A stretch of DNA of 64,000 nucleotides from an uncultured Alphaproteobacteria bacterium (GTDB taxonomy: Bacteria; Pseudomonadota; Alphaproteobacteria; Rhizobiales; Xanthobacteraceae), in NCBI GenBank assembly GCA_963810085.1, contig CAWEMR010000005.1:378648-442647 (forward strand). Reading direction: 5' to 3'. A program made the translations under genes and the position numbers. Below, one piece after another: positions 55,598 through 64,000 of the stretch. Every line of letters starts with the position of its first letter. Positions within the stretch are counted from its first letter, which is position 1. The notes under the pieces are model-generated. The model saw only the letters and a list, made by a program, of their open reading frames with translations, was not told the origin of the DNA and did no database searches.

Positions 55598-56389
55598 TTA
55601 CGCGGCGGCCGCCATCAGATGCCGCTCCAGCGCCTCCTTGGTCGCGCGCAAGCGGTCCACAATCTGTTTCTGGCGGTCGTAGAAACGCTGCGCCGGCACC
55701 GGCACCGAGATCGCCAAAACATTGCCGACCGGGTCGCGCGTCACAGTGCCGGCGGCGCAGATGCCGCTCGTGTGCTCTTCACGGTCGATGGCGACGCCAG
55801 TCTTGCGCACGGATTTCAGATCCTTGAGCAGATCGTCGAGCCGCGTCAGCGTGCACGGCGTGCGGCGCTCATAGATGGTTCCAATCAGGCGCTCGATCGC
55901 TGTGGCGTCGAGCCCGGCGAGATAGGCCTTGCCGTTCGCCGTGCAATAAAGCGGAAAGCTCTCGCCGACCGCCGAGACGGTGCGCAGCCGCTGCGAACCG
56001 ATGACCTGGTCGACGAAAACCAAGTGGTCGTTCTTGACCACGGCAAGATCGGCGGTTTCTTTAAGCTCGCTGGAGAGCTGCGCCAAAAACGGCCGCGCCG
56101 CAGCGACGAAATCGGTGCGCGCGGAAGCTGCAAGCCGCAGGATCGTCGGACCGAGCCGCACGCGGCCGTTCGGCGAGGCCGCGATCAGAAACTTCTCGGC
56201 CGCGAGCGCGCCGACAATGCGCTGCACCGTCGAGCGCGCCAGATTGACCCGTTGCGCGATCTGGCCGAGGCTCAAGCCTTCCATTTCATCTTCGAGGATG
56301 CGCAGGATTGCCGCGGCGCGCGCAATCACCTGCACCTGACTTTTGTCGCTGCTCTTGTCGCCTAACGCGCGCATGCCGGTTGCCCGCAT
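55598..56389 (-). CDS. IclR-family transcriptional regulator
   Basis: HTH (VIARAAAILRILEDEMEGLSLGQIAQRVNLARSTVQRIVGALA) plus an IclR effector domain. Several in-frame ATGs exist (56404, 56389, 56374). 56389 has an AGGACGAG-like SD. Confidence 0.8.
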   Translation of the reverse strand: MRATGMRALGDKSSDKSQVQVIARAAAILRILEDEMEGLSLGQIAQRVNLARSTVQRIVGALAAEKFLIAASPNGRVRLGPTILRLAASARTDFVAAARPFLAQLSSELKETADLAVVKNDHLVFVDQVIGSQRLRTVSAVGESFPLYCTANGKAYLAGLDATAIERLIGTIYERRTPCTLTRLDDLLKDLKSVRKTGVAIDREEHTSGICAAGTVTRDPVGNVLAISVPVPAQRFYDRQKQIVDRLRATKEALERHLMAAAA

Positions 56390-56531
56390 GTCTCGTCCTG
56401 GCATGTGCTGCCCTGCCCTTAGTCCACGCAATCTTGCTGCCCGGTTCGTGCTTTGATACAGGATCACCGCCATACGGTACAGAGGATAGCGCCGGCACCA
56501 AGAACCGGTGCCGCAAAAGTCGGGGGGTCAG

Positions 56532-57494
56532 ATGGTCCACAAGATCGCGCTCGAAGAGCACTTCCTCCCGCCCGGCTTCGAAGATTATTGGCGGCCGACC
56601 GTCCGCCATATCGATCCCAAGCACGCCGCTAAATTGTTCGCGGCACTGACCGATTTCGGCGAGGCGCGGCTATCCTCGATGGATGAAGCCAGCATCGCCC
56701 GCTCCGTCCTCGGCTTGGCCGGACCCGGCGTCCAGGCCGAGCGCGATACAGCGACCGCGATCCGCAATGCCAAATCCGCCAATGATTTTCTTGCGCGGGA
56801 ATTAGCCAAGCGGCCGGAGCGCTATTCCGGCTTCGCGCATCTTGCCATGCAGGACCCGCGTGCGGCGGCGGATGAGTTGGAACGTTGCGTACGCGAGCTA
56901 AAATTCTGCGGCGCGATGATCAACGGCCACACCCATGGCCAATATCTCGATCATCCGTCGCTCTCGCCGTTCTGGGAACGCGCCGAGGCGCTCGGCGCGC
57001 CGATCTATATCCACCCGACCGATCCGATCACGCCCTCCCCCGCGCTTGACGGCTATGACGGGTTGCGCCGCGCCACTTGGGAATGGGGCTTTGAAACCGG
57101 CTCGCACGCTTTGCGCCTGGTCTTTGGCGGGCTGTTCGACCGCTTCCCGCGCGCCAAAGTCATGCTCGGCCATCTCGGCGAGACGCTGCCTTACTTGTTG
57201 TGGCGCTTCGACAGCCGCGCCAAGCTCTACAGCGTCAAGCTCGCCAAACCGCCGTCCGTTTACATCAAAGAGAACATCCTGGTGACGACGTCGGGCATGT
57301 GCTCCGCCGAACCGCTCGGCTGCGCAATCGCAGCGCTCGGGCATGAACACGTGATGTTTGCCGCCGATCATCCCTTCGAAACGGCGCAGGAAGCCGGCGA
57401 GTTTCTCGATCATACGCCGCTCACGGAGAACGTGCGCGAGGACATTGCTTTCAACAATGCCGCAAAGCATCTTGGCCTTGCGAAAGGCCGATAA
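56532..57494 (+). CDS. amidohydrolase-2 family non-oxidative decarboxylase (gamma-resorcylate / dihydroxybenzoate decarboxylase-like)
   Basis: The start was taken at M9 of ORF 56508..57494. KIALEEHF, FAHLAMQDP, YIHP, GHLGE..PY..WR and DHPFE are hallmarks of the resorcylate/LigW-type decarboxylases as I remember them. Confidence 0.75.
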   Translation: MVHKIALEEHFLPPGFEDYWRPTVRHIDPKHAAKLFAALTDFGEARLSSMDEASIARSVLGLAGPGVQAERDTATAIRNAKSANDFLARELAKRPERYSGFAHLAMQDPRAAADELERCVRELKFCGAMINGHTHGQYLDHPSLSPFWERAEALGAPIYIHPTDPITPSPALDGYDGLRRATWEWGFETGSHALRLVFGGLFDRFPRAKVMLGHLGETLPYLLWRFDSRAKLYSVKLAKPPSVYIKENILVTTSGMCSAEPLGCAIAALGHEHVMFAADHPFETAQEAGEFLDHTPLTENVREDIAFNNAAKHLGLAKGR

Positions 57495-57513
57495 GCGGGC
57501 GCCGTCCTATCTC

Positions 57514-58455
57514 ATGACAAAAGTCCTCATCGTCGACGTCCACGCCGAGATGTATCGCGACCGGCTGGCGGCGGAATTCCCGGATCTGGAGTTCGCGCTG
57601 TTTCACAAGGCGGCCGACGTGGCGGGCGATTTGTCCGACATCGACGTCATGCTCATGTTCGGCATTGAGGTACGCGACGAAATGCTCAGCGGCGCGCCGC
57701 AACTGAGATGGATCCAGTCGCTGGCAACCGGTGTCGATCATTTCCTGCGCTGTCCCTCGCTCAAGCCCGACGTGTTGATCACCAGCGGCCGCGGCATCCA
57801 CGGCCCGCCGATGCGCGAGCAAGTCGTTTATCTGATGATGGCGGTGAGCCGCGACGCCAAGCGCCAGGTCGAAGACCATCAGCACCGCATCTGGCAGCGC
57901 CGGCTCTGGAGCACGTTGCACGGCAAGACAGCGGTGGTCGTCGGCACCGGCATCGTCGGCGAGGCGATCGGCGAATTGTTGCGCGCCTTCGGCATGCACA
58001 CGATCGGTGTCACGCGCACGCCGCGCAAGATCGCCGGCTTTGACGAGACGATGTCCGCCGATCGCCTGCCGGAAGCCGCGGCGAAAGCCGATTACCTGAT
58101 CAATGTGCTGCCGGCGAGCGCCGACAATATCGGGCTGTTCGGCGCCAAGGTGTTCGGCGTCATGAAGCCTTCGGCCTATTACATCAGCGCCGGCCGCGGC
58201 CAGACGGTAGACGAAGACGCCCTGGCCGCAGCCTTGCGCGAGCGGCGGATCGCCGGCGCCGGCTTCGATGTTTTCCAGGCCGAACCGCTGCCGCCGGAGA
58301 GCCCGTTCTGGCAATTGCCGAACGTGTTCATCACCCCGCATGTCGGCGGCTATGTCGTCGAATACGAGGATTTCGTGATGCCGCTTGTGATCGACAACAT
58401 GCGGCTGTTCGTCGCCGGACGACTGAGCGACATGCAAAATATCGTGCCGCGCTAG
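57514..58455 (+). CDS. D-isomer-specific 2-hydroxyacid dehydrogenase-family protein
   Basis: The start was taken at M53 of ORF 57358..58455 (MTKVLIVDV...). GKTAVVVGTGIVG NAD fold, and ARG..VDE and TPHVGG motifs. Confidence 0.8.
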   Translation: MTKVLIVDVHAEMYRDRLAAEFPDLEFALFHKAADVAGDLSDIDVMLMFGIEVRDEMLSGAPQLRWIQSLATGVDHFLRCPSLKPDVLITSGRGIHGPPMREQVVYLMMAVSRDAKRQVEDHQHRIWQRRLWSTLHGKTAVVVGTGIVGEAIGELLRAFGMHTIGVTRTPRKIAGFDETMSADRLPEAAAKADYLINVLPASADNIGLFGAKVFGVMKPSAYYISAGRGQTVDEDALAAALRERRIAGAGFDVFQAEPLPPESPFWQLPNVFITPHVGGYVVEYEDFVMPLVIDNMRLFVAGRLSDMQNIVPR

Positions 58456-58593
58456 GCGCTGCGAGCGGTACTCCTCGGGCGCTTGAGTGTTTCCAAGTCC
58501 AGGAATTTGTTGCAAAATCTACCATTCCCGGCGCGCCCGCAAAAAAGGGGATATACCCCGCGACGCATCACCCGAGGAATGTGGAGGACGCCC

Positions 58594-61500
58594 ATGCTCG
58601 CCAAGCTCAAACTGCCGATCATCCTGTTCGGCGCGGCGCAACTCCTCAAACATGCGGCGCGGCGGCATCCGGACTTCAGAGCGCGCGTCAAGGAGCATAA
58701 TTTCACGGCCCAGATCATGACGCGCGACGAAGAGATCGGGCGCTGGATCGAATTCAAGGACGGTACGATCACTTCGCGCGCCGGCTTGCACGACAAGCCT
58801 GACATCAAATTGATGTTCAAGAACGCGGGCGTCGGCGCGAGGTTACTCACGCCGCCGATCAACTGGTTGCAACAGATCAACGCCCAGAAGGATTTCGTGC
58901 TCGCGGTCGACGGCCCCGAGCATCTGACCAATTGGTTCGCGCAAACGCTGATGCTGAGCCAGTCGGCCGGGCTCACATACGGCAAGAGGCTGCGCCGCGG
59001 CGTCAGACGCTATTGCAACATGACCAATGGCGGGCCGGTTTTCGTCGACGTCAAAGCCGACAAGATCCTGCGCATGACGCCGATCGATCTCGCCGACGAC
59101 GACGAGGCATCGTGGACCATCGAGGCCAAGGGCTTAAAACTCACGCCGCCGCGTAAGACGACGCTGGCGCCGCACGGGCAGAACGCAAAATCCGTCGTCT
59201 ATTCGCCGGATCGACTGCTCTATCCGATGAAGCGCGTCGACTTCGACCCGAACGGCGCGCGCAATCCGCAAAACCGCGGCAAGTCGGGCTATGTGCGCAT
59301 CTCGTGGGACGAGGCGATCAAGATCGTCACCGACGAGATCAAGCGGCAGAAGCGCGATCATGGACCCGGCGCGATCACGTTCTCGCACGGCTCGCATCAC
59401 ACCTGGGGCAATATCGGCTACTACCTCTCCGCGCTGTTCCGCTTCGCCAATGCGGTCGGCATGACGCGCATCCATCACAACCCGGATTCGTGGGAAGGCT
59501 GGTACTGGGGCGCGGTGCATCACTGGGGCCATACGCTCCGCGTCGGGCAATCGGAAACTTACGGCACCGTCGAAGACTGCCTGCAGAACTGCGACATGAT
59601 CGTGTCGTGGGCGGCCGATCCCGAATCGACGTCGGGCTCCTACGGCGCGCAGGAAGGTACGACGCGGCGGCAATGGCTGAAAGATCCGAAGCTCGGCATC
59701 AAGGTCGTCCACGTCGACCCATATTACAACGCCTCGGCGCAATTCCTGCCCGGCAAATGGTTCGCGCCGAAGCCGACCACCTCGGTCGCGATGGCGATGG
59801 CGATCGCCTACGTCTGGATCAAGGAAGGCCTCTACGACAAATCCTACGTCGAGACGCACACCGTCGGGTTCGACAAATGGAAGGCGTATTTGCTCGGCGA
59901 CGACGACGGCATTGCGAAAACGCCGGAATGGCAGGAGCAGGAAACCGGCGTTCCGGCAAAGGACGTCCGCGCGCTGGCGCGGGAATGGGGCAAGAAGCGC
60001 GTCTATCTCGCGCCAGGCGGCTGGGGCAACGGCCATGGCGGCGCCTGCCGCAACCAGACCGGCATCCAGTGGGCGCGGGTGATGGTGTGTCTCGTCGCCA
60101 TGCAGGGCCTCGGCAAGCCCGGCATCAATATGGGCAATCTACAATGGGGCACGCCGATCGACTTCAATTTCTATTTCCCCGGTTATGCCGACGGCGGCAT
60201 GTCGGGCGATCTCGAAAACACCTCGATGCCGGTCGAGCTCTATCAGCGCATGCCGCAATTGCCGACCATGAATTCCAACGCCCAGCGCATCCCGCGCATC
60301 TTCGTGCCGGAGGCGATCCTCGACGGCAAAGCCGAGGGCTATCCGTGGGTCGGCAAGTCGATCGAGCATCAGTTTCCGAAATTCACTTATCCGGCGGCCG
60401 GCCACTCGCCGGTGCACATGCTCTACAAATACGGCGGCTCGATCCTTTCGACCATGAACAATACCAACCGCTGGGTGCGGATGTATCAGTCGGAGAACCT
60501 CGAATTTGTGGTCAACCAGTCGATCTGGTTCGAAGGCGAAGCGAAATTCGCCGACGTCATCCTGCCGGCCTGCACCAATTTCGAGCGCACCGACATCAGC
60601 GAGTGGGCCGGGCTCGGCGGCTATGGCCATCACGGCCAGCAGCAGCTTAATCACCGCGTCATCGTGTTCCAGGCGCCGGCGATTAAGCCGCTCGGCGAAT
60701 CGAGATCCGACTTCTGGATTTTCAACGAGCTGTGCAAGCCGCTCGGGCTCGCCAATTATTTCTCCGAAGGCTGCAACGAGATCGACTGGGTCAAGCGCGC
60801 CTTTCTCGCCTCCGACCTGCCGCAGCACATTTCGTGGAAGAAATTCTTGAAGCGCGGTTATTTCGTCGTGCCGGCCGAGAAGGAAAAACTGCGCGCGCCT
60901 GTGTCGTTCCGCTGGTTCTTCGAAAACCGCAAGAAAGATGTGCCGGAAGCGCAGCCGCTGCCGTCCGACTACACCGAGGAATATCTGCGCGGGTTGCAGA
61001 CCCAGTCCGGCAAGCTCGAATTCGAGTGCAATTCGCTCAAACGCTTCAACGATCCGGAGCGGCCGCCGATCGTCAAATACGAGCCGTCATGGGAGGGCGC
61101 GCATTCCGGCGAATTGTTCGAGCGCTATCCGCTGCAGCTTCTCACCCCGCACTCAAAATATTCGTTCCACACCCAGGGCGACGGCAAGGATTCGTTTTTG
61201 CTCAATATCGAGGACCATCGCGTCAGGGTCGACGGCTACTATTATTGGATCATGCGCATGAACGCCGATGACGCCAAAGACCGCCGCATCGGCAAGCACA
61301 ATCTGGTCAAAGTGTTTAACGATCGCGGCGCGGTGATTTGCGCGGCGCTGCCGACGCAGCGGCTGCCACGCGGCGTCGCGCACGGTTATGAGTCCTCGGC
61401 GATCTATGATCCGATGGGCGAGCCCGGCAAATCGGTCGACCGCGGCGGCTGCCTCAATCTGCTCACGCCCGAGCGCACGCAAACCAAATCCACGCATTCG

Positions 61501-61641
61501 CTCGCCGGATCGAATTCGCTGGTCCAGATCGAATTGTGGGACGGCCGCACCGAACACATGTCTGCGGCATTCGCAACTGCGGAAAAAGACAAGGACATCG
61601 AGCGCACACCGAATGAGGCGCAACTGGTGCCGGCAAAATGA
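58594..61641 (+). CDS. molybdopterin (bis-MGD) enzyme, pyrogallol-phloroglucinol transhydroxylase / resorcinol hydroxylase large-subunit-like, with an extra N-terminal domain
   Basis: ATG 58594 has GGAGGA 5 nt upstream. From about residue 142 onward ([25 protein letters not shown]...[14 protein letters not shown]...[12 protein letters not shown]...[33 protein letters not shown]...GGCLNLLTP) it is collinear with the Pelobacter AthL-type subunit as I remember it. The first roughly 140 aa are additional. Confidence 0.8.
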   Translation: MLAKLKLPIILFGAAQLLKHAARRHPDFRARVKEHNFTAQIMTRDEEIGRWIEFKDGTITSRAGLHDKPDIKLMFKNAGVGARLLTPPINWLQQINAQKDFVLAVDGPEHLTNWFAQTLMLSQSAGLTYGKRLRRGVRRYCNMTNGGPVFVDVKADKILRMTPIDLADDDEASWTIEAKGLKLTPPRKTTLAPHGQNAKSVVYSPDRLLYPMKRVDFDPNGARNPQNRGKSGYVRISWDEAIKIVTDEIKRQKRDHGPGAITFSHGSHHTWGNIGYYLSALFRFANAVGMTRIHHNPDSWEGWYWGAVHHWGHTLRVGQSETYGTVEDCLQNCDMIVSWAADPESTSGSYGAQEGTTRRQWLKDPKLGIKVVHVDPYYNASAQFLPGKWFAPKPTTSVAMAMAIAYVWIKEGLYDKSYVETHTVGFDKWKAYLLGDDDGIAKTPEWQEQETGVPAKDVRALAREWGKKRVYLAPGGWGNGHGGACRNQTGIQWARVMVCLVAMQGLGKPGINMGNLQWGTPIDFNFYFPGYADGGMSGDLENTSMPVELYQRMPQLPTMNSNAQRIPRIFVPEAILDGKAEGYPWVGKSIEHQFPKFTYPAAGHSPVHMLYKYGGSILSTMNNTNRWVRMYQSENLEFVVNQSIWFEGEAKFADVILPACTNFERTDISEWAGLGGYGHHGQQQLNHRVIVFQAPAIKPLGESRSDFWIFNELCKPLGLANYFSEGCNEIDWVKRAFLASDLPQHISWKKFLKRGYFVVPAEKEKLRAPVSFRWFFENRKKDVPEAQPLPSDYTEEYLRGLQTQSGKLEFECNSLKRFNDPERPPIVKYEPSWEGAHSGELFERYPLQLLTPHSKYSFHTQGDGKDSFLLNIEDHRVRVDGYYYWIMRMNADDAKDRRIGKHNLVKVFNDRGAVICAALPTQRLPRGVAHGYESSAIYDPMGEPGKSVDRGGCLNLLTPERTQTKSTHSLAGSNSLVQIELWDGRTEHMSAAFATAEKDKDIERTPNEAQLVPAK

Positions 61642-62474
61642 AAAAATGGAACATGATTATCGACGTGGCTGAGTGCACGAACTGCAATCTGTGCACGCTT
61701 GCCGCCATGGATGAATATGTCGGCAACGACTGGCCCGGCTACTCTGCGCCGATGCCAAAGCACGGCCATAAGTGGATCAATATTCTGCAGAAGGAGCGCG
61801 GGCAGTTGCCGATGATCGACCTCGCCTATGTTCCGACCATGTGCAATCACTGCGACGATGCGCCTTGCATGAAGGCCGCGCCCAAAGGCGCCATCAAAAA
61901 GCGCAAAGACGGCATCGTGCTGATCGATCCGGTGAAGGCGAAGGGGCAGAAGCAGCTGGTCGATGCCTGCCCTTACGGGCATATCTGGTGGAACGAGGAA
62001 TTGCAGTTGCCGCAGGCCTGGACCTTCGACGCGCATCTGATCGACCAAGGCTGGCAGCAGACCCGCGGCCAGCAATCCTGCCCGACCGGGGCGATGCGCG
62101 CGATCAAGGTCGAGGACGAGGAGATGTCGCGCATGGCGAGCGAGCAAAGTCTCGAAGTCATGAAGCCCGAGCTCAACGCCAAGCCGCGGGTCTATTACCG
62201 GAACCTGTGGCGCTATTCGAAATGCTTTATCGGCGGATCGGTGTCGGAAGAGAAAGACGGCGTCGTCGATTGCGTCGAAGGCGCGACCGTGCAATTGGTC
62301 AAGGAGGGCGAGTCGGTCGCGGTGACCACGACCGACAATTACGGCGACTTCAAATTCGATAGGCTCGACGAGAATTCCGGCGCCTACACCGTGCAGATCT
62401 ATGCCGGTGGCCGTTCTAAACTGGTGGAGACCAGCCTCGGCTCGAGCATCAATCTCGGCGATATCAGGTTGTGA
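61638..62474 (+). CDS. 4Fe-4S cluster beta subunit of the transhydroxylase-like enzyme
   Basis: 278 aa with an ATGA overlap with the alpha subunit. Cys clusters [16 protein letters not shown] and CPYG...CPTGA. The C-terminal Ig-like barrel ([29 protein letters not shown]) is as in the BthL-type subunit. Confidence 0.8.
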   Translation: MKKWNMIIDVAECTNCNLCTLAAMDEYVGNDWPGYSAPMPKHGHKWINILQKERGQLPMIDLAYVPTMCNHCDDAPCMKAAPKGAIKKRKDGIVLIDPVKAKGQKQLVDACPYGHIWWNEELQLPQAWTFDAHLIDQGWQQTRGQQSCPTGAMRAIKVEDEEMSRMASEQSLEVMKPELNAKPRVYYRNLWRYSKCFIGGSVSEEKDGVVDCVEGATVQLVKEGESVAVTTTDNYGDFKFDRLDENSGAYTVQIYAGGRSKLVETSLGSSINLGDIRL

Positions 62475-62508
62475 TCATCATGGTCACTTCGTGCCAAGGA
62501 AATCACCG

Positions 62509-63486
62509 ATGACAAGAATGTTCAGCGCGTTGATCCTCCTGGCGTTGCTGAGCGGCCCGAGCGCCGCGCAGACGGCGGCTTATCCCGCGCGCCAAGTCAC
62601 CTTGATCATCACCTCCGTCCCGGGCGGTGTGACCGATGTCACCGGGCGGGCGCTGGCCCAGGAGCTTGGCAAGGCCTGGGGCCAGCCGGTCATCGTCGAG
62701 AACAGAGGCGGCGCCGCGCATATCATCGGTGCCCAAGCCGTCGCCAAGTCCGCGCCGGATGGCTACACGCTCTTGGTCGGCGAGTCCGGCACCTTCACCG
62801 TCAATCCGTCGCTCTATCCCGACGGCAAGCTGCCCTACGATCCGGATAAGGATTTCGTGCCAATCACCGGGCTCGTGCGCATCAATCAGGCGCTCTTGAC
62901 CGACCATTCGCTGCCGGTGAACAACGCCGCCGAACTGATCGCGCTCGCTAAGGCGAAGCCGGGTCAGTTGACGTACGGCACCGCCGGCATCGGCTCGGCG
63001 CTGCATATGAACATGGAACTGTTCGACCGCATGGCCGGCGTGAAAATCCTCCCCGTGCATTACCGCGGTTCGACGCCGGCGCTGAACGATCTGATCGGCG
63101 GCTCGATCAATGTGATGACGATCAGCGTGGCGTCGGCACTGCCGGGGTACCAGGCCGGACAGCTCAAGATCCTCGGCATCGGCAGTCCAAAGCGATTGCC
63201 GTCGCTGCCCGACATTCCGACCGTCGACGAGAGCGGGCTGCCCGGCTTCCAGGCCACGGCCTGGTTCGGCTTGTTCGGACCCGCCGGCATGCCGCAAGAC
63301 GTGGTGACGAAGATCGACACCGATGTCATCAAGATCTTCAACGATCCGGCGTTCCGCGCGCGCTTTCTCGAACCGCAATTGTTCGAATCGATGGCGGGGC
63401 CGCCGAATGAGTTCGCCGCCTACATCAAAGCGGAACGCACCAAGTGGTCCGGCGTCATTCGCGACGCCGACTTGAAGCTGGAATAA
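62509..63486 (+). CDS. Bug-family (TctC) substrate-binding protein
   Basis: The start was taken at M37 of ORF 62401..63486 (MTRMFSALILLALLSGPSAAQ...). YPARQVTLIITSVPGGVTD...ENRGGAA...PDGYTLLV. Confidence 0.85.
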   Translation: MTRMFSALILLALLSGPSAAQTAAYPARQVTLIITSVPGGVTDVTGRALAQELGKAWGQPVIVENRGGAAHIIGAQAVAKSAPDGYTLLVGESGTFTVNPSLYPDGKLPYDPDKDFVPITGLVRINQALLTDHSLPVNNAAELIALAKAKPGQLTYGTAGIGSALHMNMELFDRMAGVKILPVHYRGSTPALNDLIGGSINVMTISVASALPGYQAGQLKILGIGSPKRLPSLPDIPTVDESGLPGFQATAWFGLFGPAGMPQDVVTKIDTDVIKIFNDPAFRARFLEPQLFESMAGPPNEFAAYIKAERTKWSGVIRDADLKLE

Positions 63487-63499
63487 CGGCTGCAGCGGA

Positions 63500-64000
63500 C
63501 TATTCGAGTGGCGTGCCGTTGGCGGCCAAGACTTCGCCAGCGAGATAGAGCGATCCGGTAATGAGGATGCGCGGCGCCGGCTCGAGATCGAGCTTGCCGG
63601 CCACCGCGATCGCGCTTTCGAGTGTATCTCGGGCGAGCGAGGGAATGCCGACGCCGGCCGCAATCTCGGCGAGCTCGGCCGCGGGCACCGTCTTGTCCTG
63701 ATGGATCGGCACCGTAATGACGCGGCGCGCAAGTCCGGAAAAGTTCTGCAGAAAGCCGGCCGAATCCTTGGTCGACAACATGCCGACGATGAGCACAAGC
63801 GGCCGCGGCACGCGCTCTTCGAGATCGGCAAGCGCCGCCGCAATGGCCTGGCCGCCGTCGGCATTGTGGCCGCCGTCTAGCCATAGCTCGCTGTCCGGCG
63901 GCGCGAGATCCGCGAGCTTGCCGTGCGCGAGACGTTGCATGCGCGCCGGCCAGTCGACACGCGTCATGCCGGTCTCGAACGCCGCGGCGGGAAGTTTCAG
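63500..64000 (-). CDS. folC: folylpolyglutamate synthase / dihydrofolate synthase, C-terminal part; the gene continues beyond the window
   Basis: WPARMQRL...LWLDGGHNADG...LIVGMLSTKD...ITGSLYLAGEVL is the Mur-ligase C-terminal domain of FolC. The frame stays open to position 64000. Confidence 0.75.
   Translation of the reverse strand: MKLPAAAFETGMTRVDWPARMQRLAHGKLADLAPPDSELWLDGGHNADGGQAIAAALADLEERVPRPLVLIVGMLSTKDSAGFLQNFSGLARRVITVPIHQDKTVPAAELAEIAAGVGIPSLARDTLESAIAVAGKLDLEPAPRILITGSLYLAGEVLAANGTPLE

Noticed and set aside
54833-56365. 510-aa ORF on the plus strand
   Set aside because: It is antisense to the cyclase and IclR genes, has an Arg/His-rich composition and lacks an SD.
62503-63864. 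453-aa ORF on the minus strand
   Set aside because: It is antisense to the TctC gene and out of frame with folC. It is Arg/Pro-rich with no motifs.
1-64000. CRISPR arrays, IS elements, integrases, prophage or defence-system genes, toxin-antitoxin pairs
   Set aside because: I looked for spaced direct repeats, terminal inverted repeats with transposase-like ORFs, and typical defence or TA gene shapes on both strands and found none. The only repeats are the 18-bp tandem duplication, the palindromic element (two copies) and the 15-nt junction motif.

Overview
This is a high-GC (mid-60s % by eye) alphaproteobacterial chromosome segment. The gene content and a GAGCATGATC...GATCATGCTC intergenic palindrome suggest a Bradyrhizobiaceae/Nitrobacteraceae-like organism (inference). 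I support about 65 densely packed protein genes. I recognised no rRNA, tRNA, CRISPR array, IS element, integrase or phage gene.

Main blocks:
1. 1-5.4 kb: a hydratase fragment, a secreted Pro/Gln-rich protein, a YqaA-like membrane protein, hisE and putA.
2. 5.5-6.5 kb: a low-GC islet holding a frameshifted PstS-like binding-protein gene.
3. 6.5-11.5 kb: nine co-directional small genes (SRPBCC, VOC/PhnB, YciI, ArsR) around an ECF42-type sigma factor.
4. 11.6-21 kb: an ndvA-like glucan exporter, a thiolase, a PBP5-type carboxypeptidase, an L,D-transpeptidase, and a TctC/PanB-like/hydrolase trio.
5. 21-35 kb: a frameshifted phoU paralog, CoA-transferase, LLM, SDR and OYE genes, a heavily decayed NMT1-type binding-protein pseudogene, an isochorismatase, a Na+/H+ antiporter, an orphan flp pilin, an HpcH aldolase, a LigJ-like hydratase and a KirBac-type K+ channel.
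6. 35-43.7 kb: LysR, NUDIX, Qor and MetE-like genes, a 696-aa Mo-bisPGD oxidoreductase, YccF, a cyclase and a secreted lipase-like hydrolase.
7. 43.8-49.7 kb: a hopanoid side-chain cluster (hpnA, hpnJ, hpnI, hpnL, hpnG).
8. 50.1-63.5 kb: the most interesting block. Two operons flank an IclR gene. They combine a pyrogallol/resorcinol-type molybdenum transhydroxylase alpha/beta pair with a resorcylate-type decarboxylase, an SDR, a cyclase-family metallohydrolase, a 3-hydroxyacyl dehydrogenase, a cupin, an extradiol dioxygenase and two binding proteins. The alpha subunit carries an extra SCP2-like N-terminal domain of about 140 aa.

Other observations: a small-ORF pair that reads like a frameshifted double-glycine-leader peptide ending in Cys-Cys, an 18-bp perfect tandem duplication covering a start codon, two copies of a nested palindromic repeat between convergent genes, and two convergent gene pairs that share a CTAG stop tetranucleotide.

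All product calls rest on hand translation, motif recognition and remembered family signatures. No searches were run.
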